Assembly (NCBI RefSeq): GCF_006345805.1 | Contig: NC_043000.1 | Span: 43,214,001-43,278,000 of the forward strand | DNA length: 64,000 nt | Direction of reading: 5' to 3' | DNA from: Octopus sinensis | Lineage: Eukaryota | Shown: piece after piece, positions 1 to 12,800 of the stretch | How positions within the stretch are numbered: position 1 is the stretch's first letter | Layout: every line of letters starts with the position of its first letter | Position numbers and translations under genes: made by a program | The notes under the pieces: generated by a model | The model's database searches: none | Seen by the model: only the letters and a program-made list of their open reading frames with translations | What the model was told of the DNA's origin: nothing

Positions 1-86
1 CTGGTGGAGTTTATGATGGTGTAATGAGAAAAACAGAGACTTACAGTGATCAGTAAAGCATCGGCGTAAATACCTCCAATATCATT

Positions 87-228
87 ATGTATGTATGTAT
101 GGATATATACATATATATATATATATTATATATATATATATATATATTATATATGTATATATATATATATTATATGTATATCTATCTATCTATCTATCTA
201 TTTCTCTCTCTATATATATATCAGATAT
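87..228. repeat. (TA)n/(TCTA)n microsatellite
   Basis: Direct reading; explains the YI-rich pseudo-ORF at 87-302. Confidence 0.95.
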
Positions 229-370
229 ATGAGGCAGGTGGTGAAAAGTTCCTGACTTTAAGGATATCAGGAAAGGCTCAAGTCAGAGGCTTAAAGTTCT
301 GAGTTTTTTTAAAGGCCTTAGAAAAAGTGAAGGGCCGTTTCAATACCTGTGTGAATCTGAGAGGGGAACG
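229..370 (+). mobile_element. Possible mariner-type terminal fragment
   Basis: Begins TATGAGGCAGGTGGTGAAAAGTTCCTGACTT directly after a TA tract, resembling mariner TIR starts. No partner TIR found. Confidence 0.35.
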
Positions 371-558
371 TGTTGAATAAAATCATAATTAATTCAGCCT
401 CCTGTATTTCCATTTACCCATATCCAGGATCTAATTTGCAAACCGTAAGCGTTAAACCAATTAAATATGATAACACAGGCCTGTCAATGTCGATCTCAAT
501 TCACACAGTATCAAGGTATGATATAATATGTGTAACCTATATAAATATGAAAAATCTA

Positions 559-595
<37 letters not shown>

Positions 596-985
596 TTTAA
601 ACTGACGTTTAAAGTTTAATAATTTTCACCTAATTAGAAACAATATTTAGAATCTAGTTCTTCTTAATATATATAGATATAGCTCATTTATTACTTGACT
701 TTATAATAAAATTAGTATTACATTAATATTCACTATTATATAGGAAATTATTTTTCATAATAAATTTTCGTGCTTTCGTATTATGCACTTTGTTTCAATA
801 CAAAAATTTTATATACAGTGAAGATATAGGATCTAATATTCTTTACAATTGTAATTAAATTTCTCATTATCCTTAAACATGATTAATTTTAAAGGAAATA
901 AATATAGTTGCAGGTTTCATTTAGTTCAAATATTTTTTAACAAACGAATATTTATTAGTTTATTGCATTGCCTGGAAAAAAGTGG

Positions 986-2015
986 ATTACAATGAAAAAT
1001 GCGGGTGCATGCATGTTAATATTTTTAAGTTATTTCATCTGGAAAACAATAAAACAAGATTTTACAGTAGAATTCGTCATCTCTAAAGGAAATTAAAAAG
1101 TACTTAAAATTAAAATTCTACTGTACTTAAAATCTTGCGGCCGAGAATAAAATTTTAAACATTAAAATACATTATATTCGGTATAATTTGAGATAATTTA
1201 TTTTATTTATTATGATAATCTGAAAAAGAAATAAATCTTTAATAAAAAACAGTTGAAATATAATCAAAAATATATTCAAATGATTTTTAAAAAAAATCAT
1301 GTCTTTTGAAATATACAATTACAATGGTCATTTTATTCCCTTGTATCAAGTAGAAATATTAAAATATAAAGTTGTAAATAAGGCACAGATTTTTTTTTCC
1401 TTTGAATTGAAATCCCATTACAAAAATAAAAAAAAAAACATTGCAGTTTCAATTGAACCATATGCTCAGTCAATTCTTCCAAATTGAAAAAAAACAATTC
1501 ATTTGAAAATACTTCACCTAATTCGTCACTTTCAATTTTCTCTTAGGGATAACTATTTAGGCGAATTCTTTTTTTTAAAATTCATTTAATTTCATTTAAT
1601 TTTTAGAATACTGCTTTTCCGAGATAAAGCCCATGGGCTTAAATACAGATTTAAATAATTTTGCTTAAATAATTTTTTTTATGAAGATAATAAAAATTAT
1701 TGGGGCTATACACGAAAAGGCTTAAAATCGGATTGTCTTATTTTTGTAAAAAAACAGTAATGTGTTATTATGTGTTATTATTATTTGTTGTTTAATAAAA
1801 TATAGTAAATTCTTAAAAGTTATTCTTGGCTACAATATTTTAAGTACAGTAGAATTTTAATTTTAAGTACTCTTAAGTTTCCTTTGGAGGTGACTTTTAG
1901 TTTCCTTTACAGAAGAATTAGGCAAATTCTTCTGTAGAATTCTTGTTCTGTAGTTTTCCAGGTGTAATAACATAAGAATATTAACATGCATGCGCTCGCA
2001 TTTTTCTTTGTAATT
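986..2015. mobile_element. MITE/foldback-like element with long imperfect terminal inverted repeats
   Basis: About 986-1150 is the reverse complement of about 1825-2015 (e.g. AAGTACTTAAAATTAAAATTCTACTGTACTTAAAAT vs ATTTTAAGTACAGTAGAATTTTAATTTTAAGTACT). AT-rich non-coding interior. Confidence 0.75.
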
Positions 2016-2122
2016 ATATATCAGTATGCTTGCCTAATCAATGAGCTCATTGATTAGGCAAGCATACTGATATATAATTACAAAGAAAAATGCGGGCGCA
2101 TGCATGTTAATATTCTTATGTT
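1969..2122. repeat. Spacerless palindrome, 77-bp arms, one mismatch
   Basis: Centre ATGAG|CTCAT at 2045/2046; arms checked in 10-nt blocks; one mismatch (TGCGCTCGCA vs TGCGGGCGCA). Confidence 0.95.
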
Positions 2123-2270
2123 CACTGGAGATAGCGAGCCAGTTACGGTTCCATCGGCGCAGGCCGACCACCTGCGGTCCCGTGAGTACGGGGAGGTCCT
2201 CCTTGATCGTCGTAACCCAGGCCTTCAGCTGCCCGCCCGCGCGTTTCCACTGGGAAGTGGAGTTGGGAGA
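2123..2270 (-). pseudogene. RTE-clade LINE ORF C-terminal fragment
   Basis: Minus-strand translation PSPNSTSQWKRAGGQLKAWVTTIKEDLPVLTGPQVVGLRRWNRNWLAISSE fits the W-x-x-x-GGQ-x-K-x-W C-terminal pattern of RTE elements. GC-rich against AT flanks. Confidence 0.65.
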
Positions 2271-2471
2271 AGGACGTCACGGCTCAGTTCACCCACCTGA
2301 ACAACCAAAAGCGGATCTCTTCACTGAGTTGGGTTGTTTTATTTGCATACACTTCAAGAATATCACAGAGTTTGATATTCACCTGAAATTGTTTCGGTGT
2401 GTAAATTAGATCGACCTAACAACGAGCCTCAATTTAAGTACCTAATTCAACTGAATATTAATCATATTTTA

Positions 2472-2563
<92 letters not shown>

Positions 2564-2567
2564 GATG

Positions 2568-2626
<59 letters not shown>

Positions 2627-2627
2627 T

Positions 2628-2659
<32 letters not shown>

Positions 2660-2660
2660 A
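2472..2660. repeat. (TATC)n + (TA)n microsatellite
   Basis: Direct reading. Confidence 0.95.
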
Positions 2661-2759
2661 CAGTACCGCCGAAACGAAGTTTCGCAGTTTCATTGTATTT
2701 ACCATATATAGACGCCAACAGACACTATTAACACCATAAATTCTCCAAGAAAAAGACAC

Positions 2760-3150
2760 TACATGGGGAAGCACTCCGTCGGTTACGACGATGAGAGTTC
2801 CGGTTGATCCGAATCAACGGAACAGCCTGCTCGTGAAATTAACGTGTAAGTGGCTGAGCACTCCACAGCCACGTGTACCCTTAACGTAGTTCTCGGGGAT
2901 ATTCAGCGTGACACAGAGAGTGACAAGGCCGGCCCTTTGAAATACAGGTACAACAGAAACAGGAAGTAAGAGTGAGAGAAAGTTGTGGTGAAAGAGTACA
3001 GCAGGGATCACCACCATCTCCCGCCGGAGCCTCGTGGAGCTTTAGGTGTTTTCGCTCAATAAACACTCACAACGCCCGGTCTGGGAATCGAAACCGCGAT
3101 CCTATGACCGCGAGTCCGCTGCCCTAACCACTGGGCCATTGCGACTCCAC
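2760..3150 (-). mobile_element. tRNA-derived SINE (family 'SINE3')
   Basis: Reverse complement starts GTGGAGTCGCAATGGCCCAGTGGTTAGGGCAGCGGACTCGCGGTCATAGGATCGCGGTTTCGATTCCC, with A box TGGCCCAGTGG and B box GGTTTCGATTCC, followed by a ~300-bp body. Confidence 0.8.
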
Positions 3151-3293
3151 ACACTACATAATAGGCTAGCAGAAGAAAGAAAGTGATTTAAAACTTTGGT
3201 TAACCGTGTACAAGATCATGTTTCGGGCTTAAAGTAATAAAAACATTACCTATAGGCGCAGGAGTGGCTGTGTGGTGAGTAGCTTTGCTAACC

Positions 3294-5962
3294 TCACTGA
3301 CAGAAGAGTGACTTTGCTTACCGTACTACGGTTTGGACGCGTTTTCTTGCATGAGGGATGTAGAGTCCGGGCTAAAGTACGAGCATTGGGCCGTGAGGGA
3401 ATTAATGTTGCCGGATGGGCCCGTACGATAGAAACACAGTGTGGAAACGATGCCACAATTGGGTCTCTTGTTGATGAAAACGGATGCACGATCAAGAAGC
3501 GGGACGAGATGTGTGAGGCACTTCACAAGCACTTCGCCGAGTTGTTCGGGAGGTGCGGGACGCTGGACCATGGTGAGGCCCTTAGGGACTTCCTGTCTGG
3601 TGGCCCGCGCCTCTCGACACGAGAGGCTGAGTGCTGTGAAGGGCCAATCACAGCCGAGGAAGTAATCGAGGTGTTGGGCAAGTGAAACGGGGAGAAGTCG
3701 CCGGGTCTCGATGGTCTGCCCTATGAATTTTATAGAAGTATGCCAGACTTGTTCGGGCACCTGCTGGCTAGCGTCTACGCCAACTGGCAGCAGAATGGGA
3801 GAATTCCCAAGTCTGCGAGCCGGGGGGCGGTGACGTTGATCAGGAAGGACCCGAACAAGGGGGACGAGATAGGGAACTTCAGGCCCATAACTCTGTTAAC
3901 CACAGAGTTAAAGATTCTGGCCAAGGTGCTAGCAAAAATGTTGGCGCAGGTCGTGGACAAACTTGTCGGGGAAGCGCAAACGTGCGCTATCCCCGGCAGA
4001 ACGACCCACGACAATCTCCACCTTATACGCTACTCCTTAGAGAGGGTGGGGAAGCTTTCTGGCGCAGGGGGAACACTGGTACATTTAGACCAGTCCAAAG
4101 CATTTGATAAGGTTGACCATCGGTACCTGGTGGCGGTCCTCGGAGAGGCTGGCCTAGGCCCGAACTTTCGATGTTGGATCGCTGCTTTGTATAGCGACAT
4201 CGAGTCTGTAGTCAAGGTGAACGGTTCCTTTTCGAAGCCGTTCAGGATCGAGCGTTCAGTTCGTCAAGGGTGTCCCCTGTCCTCGCTCCTATACGTATTG
4301 GCTCTTGAGCCTTTGCTGCGGAAGTTGGAGGCACTAGGGGGCGCGCCGCATGATCTATGGTGTGGAAGAGGAGCTACGGCGTATGCGGATGACACCTCCA
4401 TCATCGTGGCAGACGAAGGCCAGCTTCCAGTGGTGGAAGAGGCCATCAAAAGCTACGAGGCGGTGGCAGGCGCAAAGGTTAACAAGGACAAGTCGGTCGG
4501 TTTGCAACTCGGCACCTGGAGGGGCAAGCCGATGCCGTCCTATAACGTCGTAGGGCGTTGGGCGGAAGGTCCTGTTAAGCTGCTCGGAGTCTGGTTCGGG
4601 CCAGACCTCCAGATTGAGAAAAATTGGAGTGAGGTGGCCAACAAGGTGACCGCTCTAACCCAGACCTGGTCTGGGCGGGCGTTATCCCTGCTAGGGAAGG
4701 CGGAGGTGGTGCAGATGTTTATAGCATCAGTAATCACCTACCGTCTGACCGTGGTGCCTTGCCCCGATTTGTGGCTGAACAAGTTGGAGAGAATCCTTTT
4801 CCGATTTTTGTGGAAAGGAGGAAAGCCACTTGTAAAGCGCTCTGTCTGCTGCCAGAAACCGCTAAAGGGTGGGCTAGGGATGCCTTGGCTGAGGATGCGA
4901 AAACTCGCGTTACGGTTGAGGCACCTCTGGCTTTACCTGGATGGAGAGCAGGTGTGGTCGCCGCACGTCCGGTTCTACCTTCCCCAGTTAACATCCCTAA
5001 CGGACATCGGTGCATGGATCAAGCGGAGACCTAAACTGAGTGAATGGCATTTGGAGTGCCGTCAGGCGCTCCAGCTACTATCTCGGGTGGGCAACGCCGG
5101 CAACAGGAGTTCCACCACGGATTTCTATAGTGGGTTAGTGGAGATTAAGTCCGAAGACGCCTTGGGGGAGACCCTGGGCTACGATGAAAATCAGTTGGTC
5201 AACCTGTTCCGGAGGACGTTCGGGCCGGGGTATCTGGATAATTACCAGAAATCCCTAGCCTGGCAGTGTTTCCGTGCGGATTTACCTGTTCGCGACAAGC
5301 TGTCAAGGCACGGTAGTGCCGTCTCGCCGACATGCCCGCGATGTGAGCAGGATAGGGAGACCGTCTTGCACGCATTCGTGGAGTGTCCGGAGTTATCGGG
5401 ACTGATAGCTTTTGTTGAACAACTGTTGTCAGTGATGGGAAGAGTACAGCTATCGGCTGAGTCTATCATCGAGATTGTGCCGCCCCCTTTCCTTAACAGG
5501 GAATGAAAGGCTTGTTTTTTCTGTGTAGTAGCCATACTGAAAGAAACAGTATGGAAGACGTGTACGAAAGGTATAGTGACAGGCAACTTTGTCTCCGGCC
5601 AGGGGTTGATTAACTTTTTTAGTTACCACCTCAGTAGCAAAATCAAGCTGGAGAAGAGGTGTCTGTCACGAGATATGTTTGTGAAAAGATGGAAGCCTGT
5701 GGCATACAAGATGGGTATGTTTGGCACCAGGTAAGTGTGACCGGATCAGAAAGTAAAGGTTCTACCCGGATGGCTGGGTGTCCGTCCTTCGACATGATCA
5801 TTAATATTTTTAAACATTGCCTTCGTAAAATTCATTGTTTATAATCTTATCCGTAATTTCATTCGAAAATTGTAACTGTGTTAAGCTACTTCACCCTTTA
5901 TATTTGTCTGTCCTTGTTTGTCCCCTCTTTGTAAATGCCTAAATGGCAAATTATATGAAAGA
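3294..5962 (+). mobile_element. Tx1-A non-LTR retrotransposon, internally deleted (lacks ORF1 and endonuclease)
   Basis: First 55 bp match the 5' end of the 41145 copy, then jump to mid-ORF2 (equivalent of 41200-43971 missing). TSD 3277-3293 / 5963-5978. 3'UTR nearly identical to 46124-46354. Confidence 0.92.
3350..5733 (+). pseudogene. Tx1-A ORF2 RT and C-terminal zinc finger, interrupted by stops at 3683-3685 and 5504-5506
   Basis: ORF 3740-5506 carries KSPGLDGLP (upstream), FRPITLL, LDQSKAFD, VRQGCPLS, AYADD, GGLG and CPRCEQDRETVLHAFVEC. Confidence 0.92.
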
Positions 5963-6105
5963 AAGTAGCTTGCTAACCAACCACGTGGTTCCGGGTTCAG
6001 TCCCACTGCGTGGCATCTTGGTCAAGTGTCTTCTGCTATAGCCCCGGGCCGACCAATACCTTGTGAGTTGACTTGGTAGACGGAAAATGAAAGAAGCCTG
6101 TCGTA

Positions 6106-6183
<78 letters not shown>

Positions 6184-6919
6184 TTGTTTGTGTGTCCGTG
6201 TTTGTCCCCCCATCATCGCTTGACAACCGATGCTGGTGTGTTTATGTCCCCGTTACTTAGCGGTTCTGCAAAAGAGACCGATAGAATAAGTACTGGGCTT
6301 ACAAAAAAAGAATAAGTTCCGGGGTCGAGTTGCTCAATTAAAGGCGGTGCTCCAGCATGGCCGCAGTCAAATGACTGAAACAAGTAAAAGAGTATAAAGA
6401 GTAAAAGAGAGTATTGCCTTCATCAGCGTCGGTATTCCGGGGCATAAATATACGAGTGACCACAGATATGTAATCGAGATACGTCTTTGCTTAGACAATA
6501 TTCGTCGAGACTCGCAGAGATATACTGCGAAGTAGAATTCATATCCTTCTCTTAAGCTACGTGGAGTATGTTAAAGATCAAGTCTGCCGTTAATACAGTT
6601 TTAACCAAGGAGTAAATATTTTTTTCAAATATAAATTATAATAACAAAGGGTAATATCATTAATAATTTTCACCAAGTGATCAGCCTGGTATACAAAAGC
6701 TGATGAAAGCAGTAGGTAGATATTTTATTACTTTAAGCCCTAAACACCATCACATACACGGTTAACCAAAGTTTTACTTCATTTTCTTTCTTCTGCTAGC
6801 CTATTATACATAATTTTTTCTCGGAGAATTTATGGTGGTAATAATGTCTTTTGGCGTCTATTTTTCACTGCGTGGTGAGGCACTAGCCAAGCCCTTGCTA
6901 TAATTTCGTATGCATATAT

Positions 6920-6972
6920 AACTATATATCTATATGTATGTATATATATATTTATATATCTATATGTATGTA

Positions 6973-7024
<52 letters not shown>

Positions 7025-7105
7025 CATATTCATATACACACACACACACATATATATATATACATAGATGCATGCATACATATATATACATTTATATATA
7101 TATAC

Positions 7106-7193
<88 letters not shown>

Positions 7194-7290
7194 ATATATA
7201 TACATATACGTGCATCCATACACATATATATATCTTTATATATCTTTACACACGAACACACAGACTGTCACACACACACTCATTGAAGTC
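6920..7290. repeat. Compound (TA)n/(CA)n/(TATG)n microsatellite
   Basis: Direct reading. Confidence 0.95.
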
Positions 7291-7519
7291 AGAGTCGGTG
7301 TGTGACTTGCAATCCACATCAGTAAGGATGCAATACTGAATGTGCATATTATCATATATTGCAATACTGTGCAAGTGACTAGTTAAATAGATACGGAGGT
7401 CATTCCGAACCAGAAAAAAAAGATGCCATGCTGTTATGGAGAACTTTCCTCCTCCGTCGTCTGGATGATTGCTCCTAACTGAGGTCACGCAGAGCATCAA
7501 GCCAGTGGTGGAAATTTCT

Positions 7520-7561
7520 ACCTACCTACCTACCTACCTACCTACCTACCTACCTACCTAA

Positions 7562-7649
<88 letters not shown>

Positions 7650-7650
7650 T
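7520..7650. repeat. (CCTA)n-(TCTA)n microsatellite
   Basis: Direct reading. Confidence 0.95.
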
Positions 7651-7801
7651 TGATTCTTGATAAACTCATGTTATCTTTGTCTTTACCCATAATTTATGAG
7701 CATAGTATGCTTGCGTATGTATGACCGTTAAACATAGGTAATATACCGTAGTTTAATACTTCTATCCTTTAGATGGTTATTTTCACCTCTAATTCAGCTA
7801 A

Positions 7802-7877
<76 letters not shown>

Positions 7878-8014
7878 ATGTATGTATATAGGTTTAGCTA
7901 GGTAAAGCTCCAAAATTTATAGTTGAAAGCTACACGAACTACCGATCTAAACGGCCCTGTATTCCAAAAATCCCGTATTCTCCATTTACAATAAGGAGCC
8001 AATATTATAACAGT

Positions 8015-8295
8015 ATAGGATGGGTTTCAAGGAGCCAAAACCACTCATCATTCTGCGACTGAAATATATGCGGTGTATATGTGCAGGTATTCAGAGAGTG
8101 TCTGGACAGAAATTTTTTTCTGAGATACCAGATGAACCCACATCGCTGCAAGAAGCACAAACAAGAGCAGCTACCTCGAAATCGTCACTTCACCAAAAAC
8201 AGTAGAGGAAAGAAAACTTGTCACACTTAAACATGTTGCTCCAGCATGGCCTTAGCCTCCGGTCGAAACTAGTAGAAGATAAGAGATAAAAGATA
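8015..8295 (+). mobile_element. Degenerate 3' end of the CR1-group LINE
   Basis: Translation FFSEIPDEPTSLQEAQTRAATSKSSLHQ matches FLLGVPDEPTSRQETRMRAAASNSLVDQ of the 17-kb copy; followed by GCTCCAGCATGGCC tail. Confidence 0.7.
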
Positions 8296-8889
8296 AGTCA
8301 TGTGAATACTGCCATGCACACACGCAGTATAGGAAGAAGATATTCATTTCATGTCTATTATTTTCACATGCTGCTAAAGAACGCTCTATATTCTGTGATA
8401 AGCGTTTATTTATTTGTTTTTACGATGCATATAGTTAGATTTAAATGTGATTTGAAATTCGTAATTATGTTATCGCTATTGATTTGTCGTGGCCGATTTA
8501 TTCAACTTAACCGAAATAAAAATAAAGTCGTTTGTTGATTTAAATACATGCAGACTAATTTTCACTTCATTAGCCTCAACTATTGAATGAATCGCTACCA
8601 TCTTTTACCTGTAACTTCTCAGACGCGTGTCGACATGCATCTCTCCTTGTGTGTCTGTGTGTCCGTGTGCGTACATGTGTATGTTCCTGTGTGCGTGTAT
8701 GCGCATGTGTGTGTGTGTGTGTGTCTGTGTTTTTGTGAGTGTGTGTGTTGCGTATGTATGCGTGTGTTATATTACACATTTTGTCTACCAAATTCTATTC
8801 ATATATCGAACAAACCGCTGTCCTAAAACTGAGAAGTGTGATAAGGTATTGAATTAGCTTGGTCAAAACGAGGGCATCTCTAACTCAGT

Positions 8890-8912
8890 GATACTTCTGC
8901 TACATACATACA

Positions 8913-8943
<31 letters not shown>

Positions 8944-9028
8944 GTACATACATACATGCATACATACATACATATGTACATACATACATGCATACATACA
9001 TACATACATACATACATACGTACATACA

Positions 9029-9060
<32 letters not shown>
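8890..9060. repeat. (TACA)n microsatellite
   Basis: Direct reading. Confidence 0.95.
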
Positions 9061-9401
9061 AAATATGTATAGATAGACACATGCACACATAAGTGCGCAC
9101 ACACACACATATATATACAAAGGTGCTTTCTGATGTACTTACGTTTAGGGTTCGTATCTCGCCTTAGCGTTTGATCTGTCCGGTCCCGTTCAAATAATGA
9201 TTTTAAAGTTAATAAACTAAAATTATGACGTACTATGTACATGAAAATTATTTATTAATATAATTAATGCGCTAGCTGAGTATTATCAAATGAATCATAG
9301 ATAAAATAAGTACCTGTTGGGAGTCGATATAACCTACTAATATATTCTCCCAAATTACTGGATTTTTATCTTTGAAAGAAAACTTTATGATGATTATTCA
9401 G

Positions 9402-9840
9402 ATGTTTCCGGGTTCAATCCCACTGCATGGCACCTTCAGTAGGGCCGAATAGAACCTTGTAAGTGGATTTGATTGACAGAAACTAGACTAAGCAATTTAT
9501 ACATGCATACACACACATACACATACACGCATGCACACGCACATACACACACACACATGCACACGCACATACATACACACACATATAAGTATATATATGA
9601 CATATATGTATATATATGTATATATATTTAGGCATTATGTGTTTCTATTTGTTTAGCCCCCACCTCCCGTTAACAACGTGTGTTTGTTTACGTCCTCGTA
9701 ACCTAGCGGTTCGGCATAGGTAAGTGATGGAATAAATATCAGGTTTACAACAGAAAAAAAAAAATTAAGGGTTCGATAAGTTGGATTTCAAGGCGGTGAT
9801 CGGCTTGGCCTCAGTCCAATGACTGAAACACGTAAAGGAT
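9402..9840 (+). mobile_element. Degenerate SINE1 copy
   Basis: CCGGGTTCAATCCCACTGCATGGCACC ... CCTCGTAACCTAGCGGTTCGGC ... ATGACTGAAACACGTAAAG collinear with the SINE1 at 5963-6410. Confidence 0.75.
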
Positions 9841-12800
9841 ATTGGTATAGATAGCACAAATTTTGCGTATGAGAGGGTCGATTAATGAATTTTCCATGTC
9901 AATTTTACTTGGCGTAGAGCAATATTGCTAAGCGTGGGAGGTATTTGTAGTTTTGAGCTCTCTTGGTATATCCTAGCCGGGAATTTTCTTAACACTTTGT
10001 GAGGAGGGGTACAATTGTTTGTGTTGTATTTTAGATGTTTAACATGCTTTGATAATCTGTTAAGATTTTCCCCACTCTCAACTTACTATGCACATTCCCA
10101 CATGACTTTAAAATAACTCTGTATAGCATGTTTCTTCATTATTATATATACCCCATAACAAATTTTTAATTATTATGGTTAATAATGCCCTGATCATTGA
10201 TGTTGCATTTTAGACTGCGTTACAGTTGTTCATTTTTGTTTTTCGTTATTGTTTTTTTTACTGTTTTTGTTTTGTTGTTTCTATGCGACAACATTTGTGA
10301 CACGTGAAAACATTATCGACCAGAACATAAAATGAAATCTAACAAAGAAAATTGTCAATTATAATTTTCTGTGAAAAAAAAAGTTTTTTAATTTGTTACT
10401 CGATACTAAAAAAATGGATAACGTGACTAGAATACAATCATTAGAATCGATGATGGTTTTCATTTATTATACGAGTTTATCTTTTTATTAACGTCAAGCT
10501 AGCCAGGTATATTACATCAACAAATTACTGTTAATACTTTAAACAGTTTAAAATATTCTAATAGTAAAACACTGCACTGTGATATAAACAATATAGCGGA
10601 CATTACGAAGACATCAGTAAAGCCTCAAAGTCTAAGACCAGGATTGTATACAGATATCCTGACGTCTGCGTATCAATGTATGCATTTAATTATTTCGTCT
10701 AGTGTTTCATTTACGGATGTTTCTCTTGTATATTTTAACTGTGTGTTGAGATGACAGAGACAATAGAGCGTCAGAAATGACGCTTTGAATGCATTCAGTT
10801 AATTTCAGTTTCTCTGATTTATACATACGTACACACACACACACACACATACATACGTATACATAAGGTTCTGTGTGCATGTATACGCACATATACAATA
10901 CGTGTGTATCTATTGGTATTTATAAGCATCTCTTAATGTATGGGTTAATCGAAGTTTGATAATATCCGGTCTCGCACCGAATATCAATCATCAAGCTGGC
11001 AAATAATGTAATCCTTCTATTCTGCATTTGGGTTCAGGGAGGAAATTCGCTTTCTTTTGTAGCATTCAAAGTATTCTAGAAAAAATTTAATTAAGCAAAA
11101 TCACAAAATGCTGGCCACGAATGTAACCGATTAATTTATTGATTACATCCGAAAAATTCTTAGGAGTACATCACTCGGTTCGAAACCCAAGAATGACAAA
11201 TCTTGTATAACCCACAAATAATTCTGTTACCAGAAAATATATCAGTTTTCAGAAAACCGGAATTGCCAAAAATCCAACCACTCGGTAGCTTTGTTTATTA
11301 TTCATGCTGTACACGTTGCATATTTGCTTAGAGAAGACATCTGCTGTATGCATTTACCTGTGCTATATCTATGGGGTTATTTGCCACAAGTAATTGTTAT
11401 TTTCATTTGATACATTGTGTATAATGTAAATGGTTTGCAGATTGCAAAAAGAATGTCTCAGATATATTGTAAAAAGAAAGTTATTTTAGCTTTTGGTAAT
11501 ATTTAAAAACCGTAGGCCTCCGTTTTGTATACGTAAAATGCAGTTTTACTTTCACTATGCTGTTCATGTTTATATAATATTTTAAATATTCTTTCGTACT
11601 TAGTGGGTAGGTGCATCTTCATGAAAAAACGTATATAAGATATTCCTGAAATAAATGTATATAACAGAATATATGCGTAAAGTAATAGGTACAATCAATT
11701 AGTGTTCTAAGTTCACTTGCAGCCTAAAACTCTAGCTTAATCTACAACAACGAACAAGGGCACCATATAATGATCGTATTTTAGGGAACGATCATGTAAA
11801 AAATAAAATTAAGAACAACAACAAATAAGAAATGCAGATAGGATCTTTATTCGTCATTATTTATGTTTTTATAGGGAGTGAATGAAGATTTTAATATACA
11901 TTTATGTTCCAAGAATATATGAAGTCTTGAAGCAGAAAAACGAAAAAATTCGAAGAAGAAACTGAGTGGTATTAAGTGCAAAGCTTGTTGAATAAGTTAT
12001 CGTGATGTTGTTGCAGATATTCTAAGCTCCTCTAAACTCGTTTTAGTGATTGTGCTTCTAAACAATGATTTATCGTTCATTTTACAATATTTATTTTTAT
12101 TTTATTTCTCAACAACACCAAATGGAAAAGATCCAACTCCATATGCATTTATACATACGCCAAACACTCCATAGAAAATTCGTTTCAATAAATTATGTAA
12201 CCAGCAACATGTATTGAGCGCTCATTTATTCAGCACACTTTCACGTGTGTGCGCGCTCGAGTTTGTATGTATGTCTCTGCGCATTATATATTTATATACA
12301 AATGGAAAAATAGATAGAAAGACAGACAGGTATATATGTATATATATATATATGTGTGTGTGTGTGTATGTGTGTGCGGAGAGAGAGAGAGGGGGGGAAA
12401 TAGATAGATAGATAGCTAAATAGATAGATAAGTAAGCAATAGGTAAGTATTATCCAAAGATCCTGGTGTAAGAAGTTGGGCAGCTTTGAGCATGTATATA
12501 ATGTAGCTAGTATAGATGACAAAAGGTAAACAATATACGATAAAACAAATTCATTAACATCGTGAGCTACTCATTTCGTCTCATATTGAAATGAAAATAA
12601 GTTTCTTTTTGCTGAAATTCATCATACATCTAATGGCTTAAAGAATAACATTTCTAAAAATACAAGTAAAAATCTGGGATTGGAACAAGTGGAACAGGTA
12701 AAATATGTATTAAGATCTTTTCACAGTTAACACAATGTTTGTTACATAATCGGTAGCAAAAATAGAACAAGCTTATCTAATATGTTTGTCCTATTACCTA

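Larger units (their letters stand above)
3252..6410 (+). mobile_element. tRNA-derived SINE1 split by a Tx1 insertion (head 3252-3293, remainder 5963-6410)
   Basis: Head ATAGGCGCAGGAGTGGCTGTGTGGT (A box) resumes after the insert as AAGTAGCTTGCTAACCAACCACGTGGTTCCGGGTTCAGTCCC (B box), then internal microsatellite and tail GGCGGTGCTCCAGCATGGCCGCAGTC...AAGTAAAAGAG. Confidence 0.9.

Noticed and set aside
3060-3150. tRNA-like sequence as a tRNA gene (also the SINE1 and SINE2 heads)
   Set aside because: No complete cloverleaf or acceptor stem, and each continues into a SINE body.
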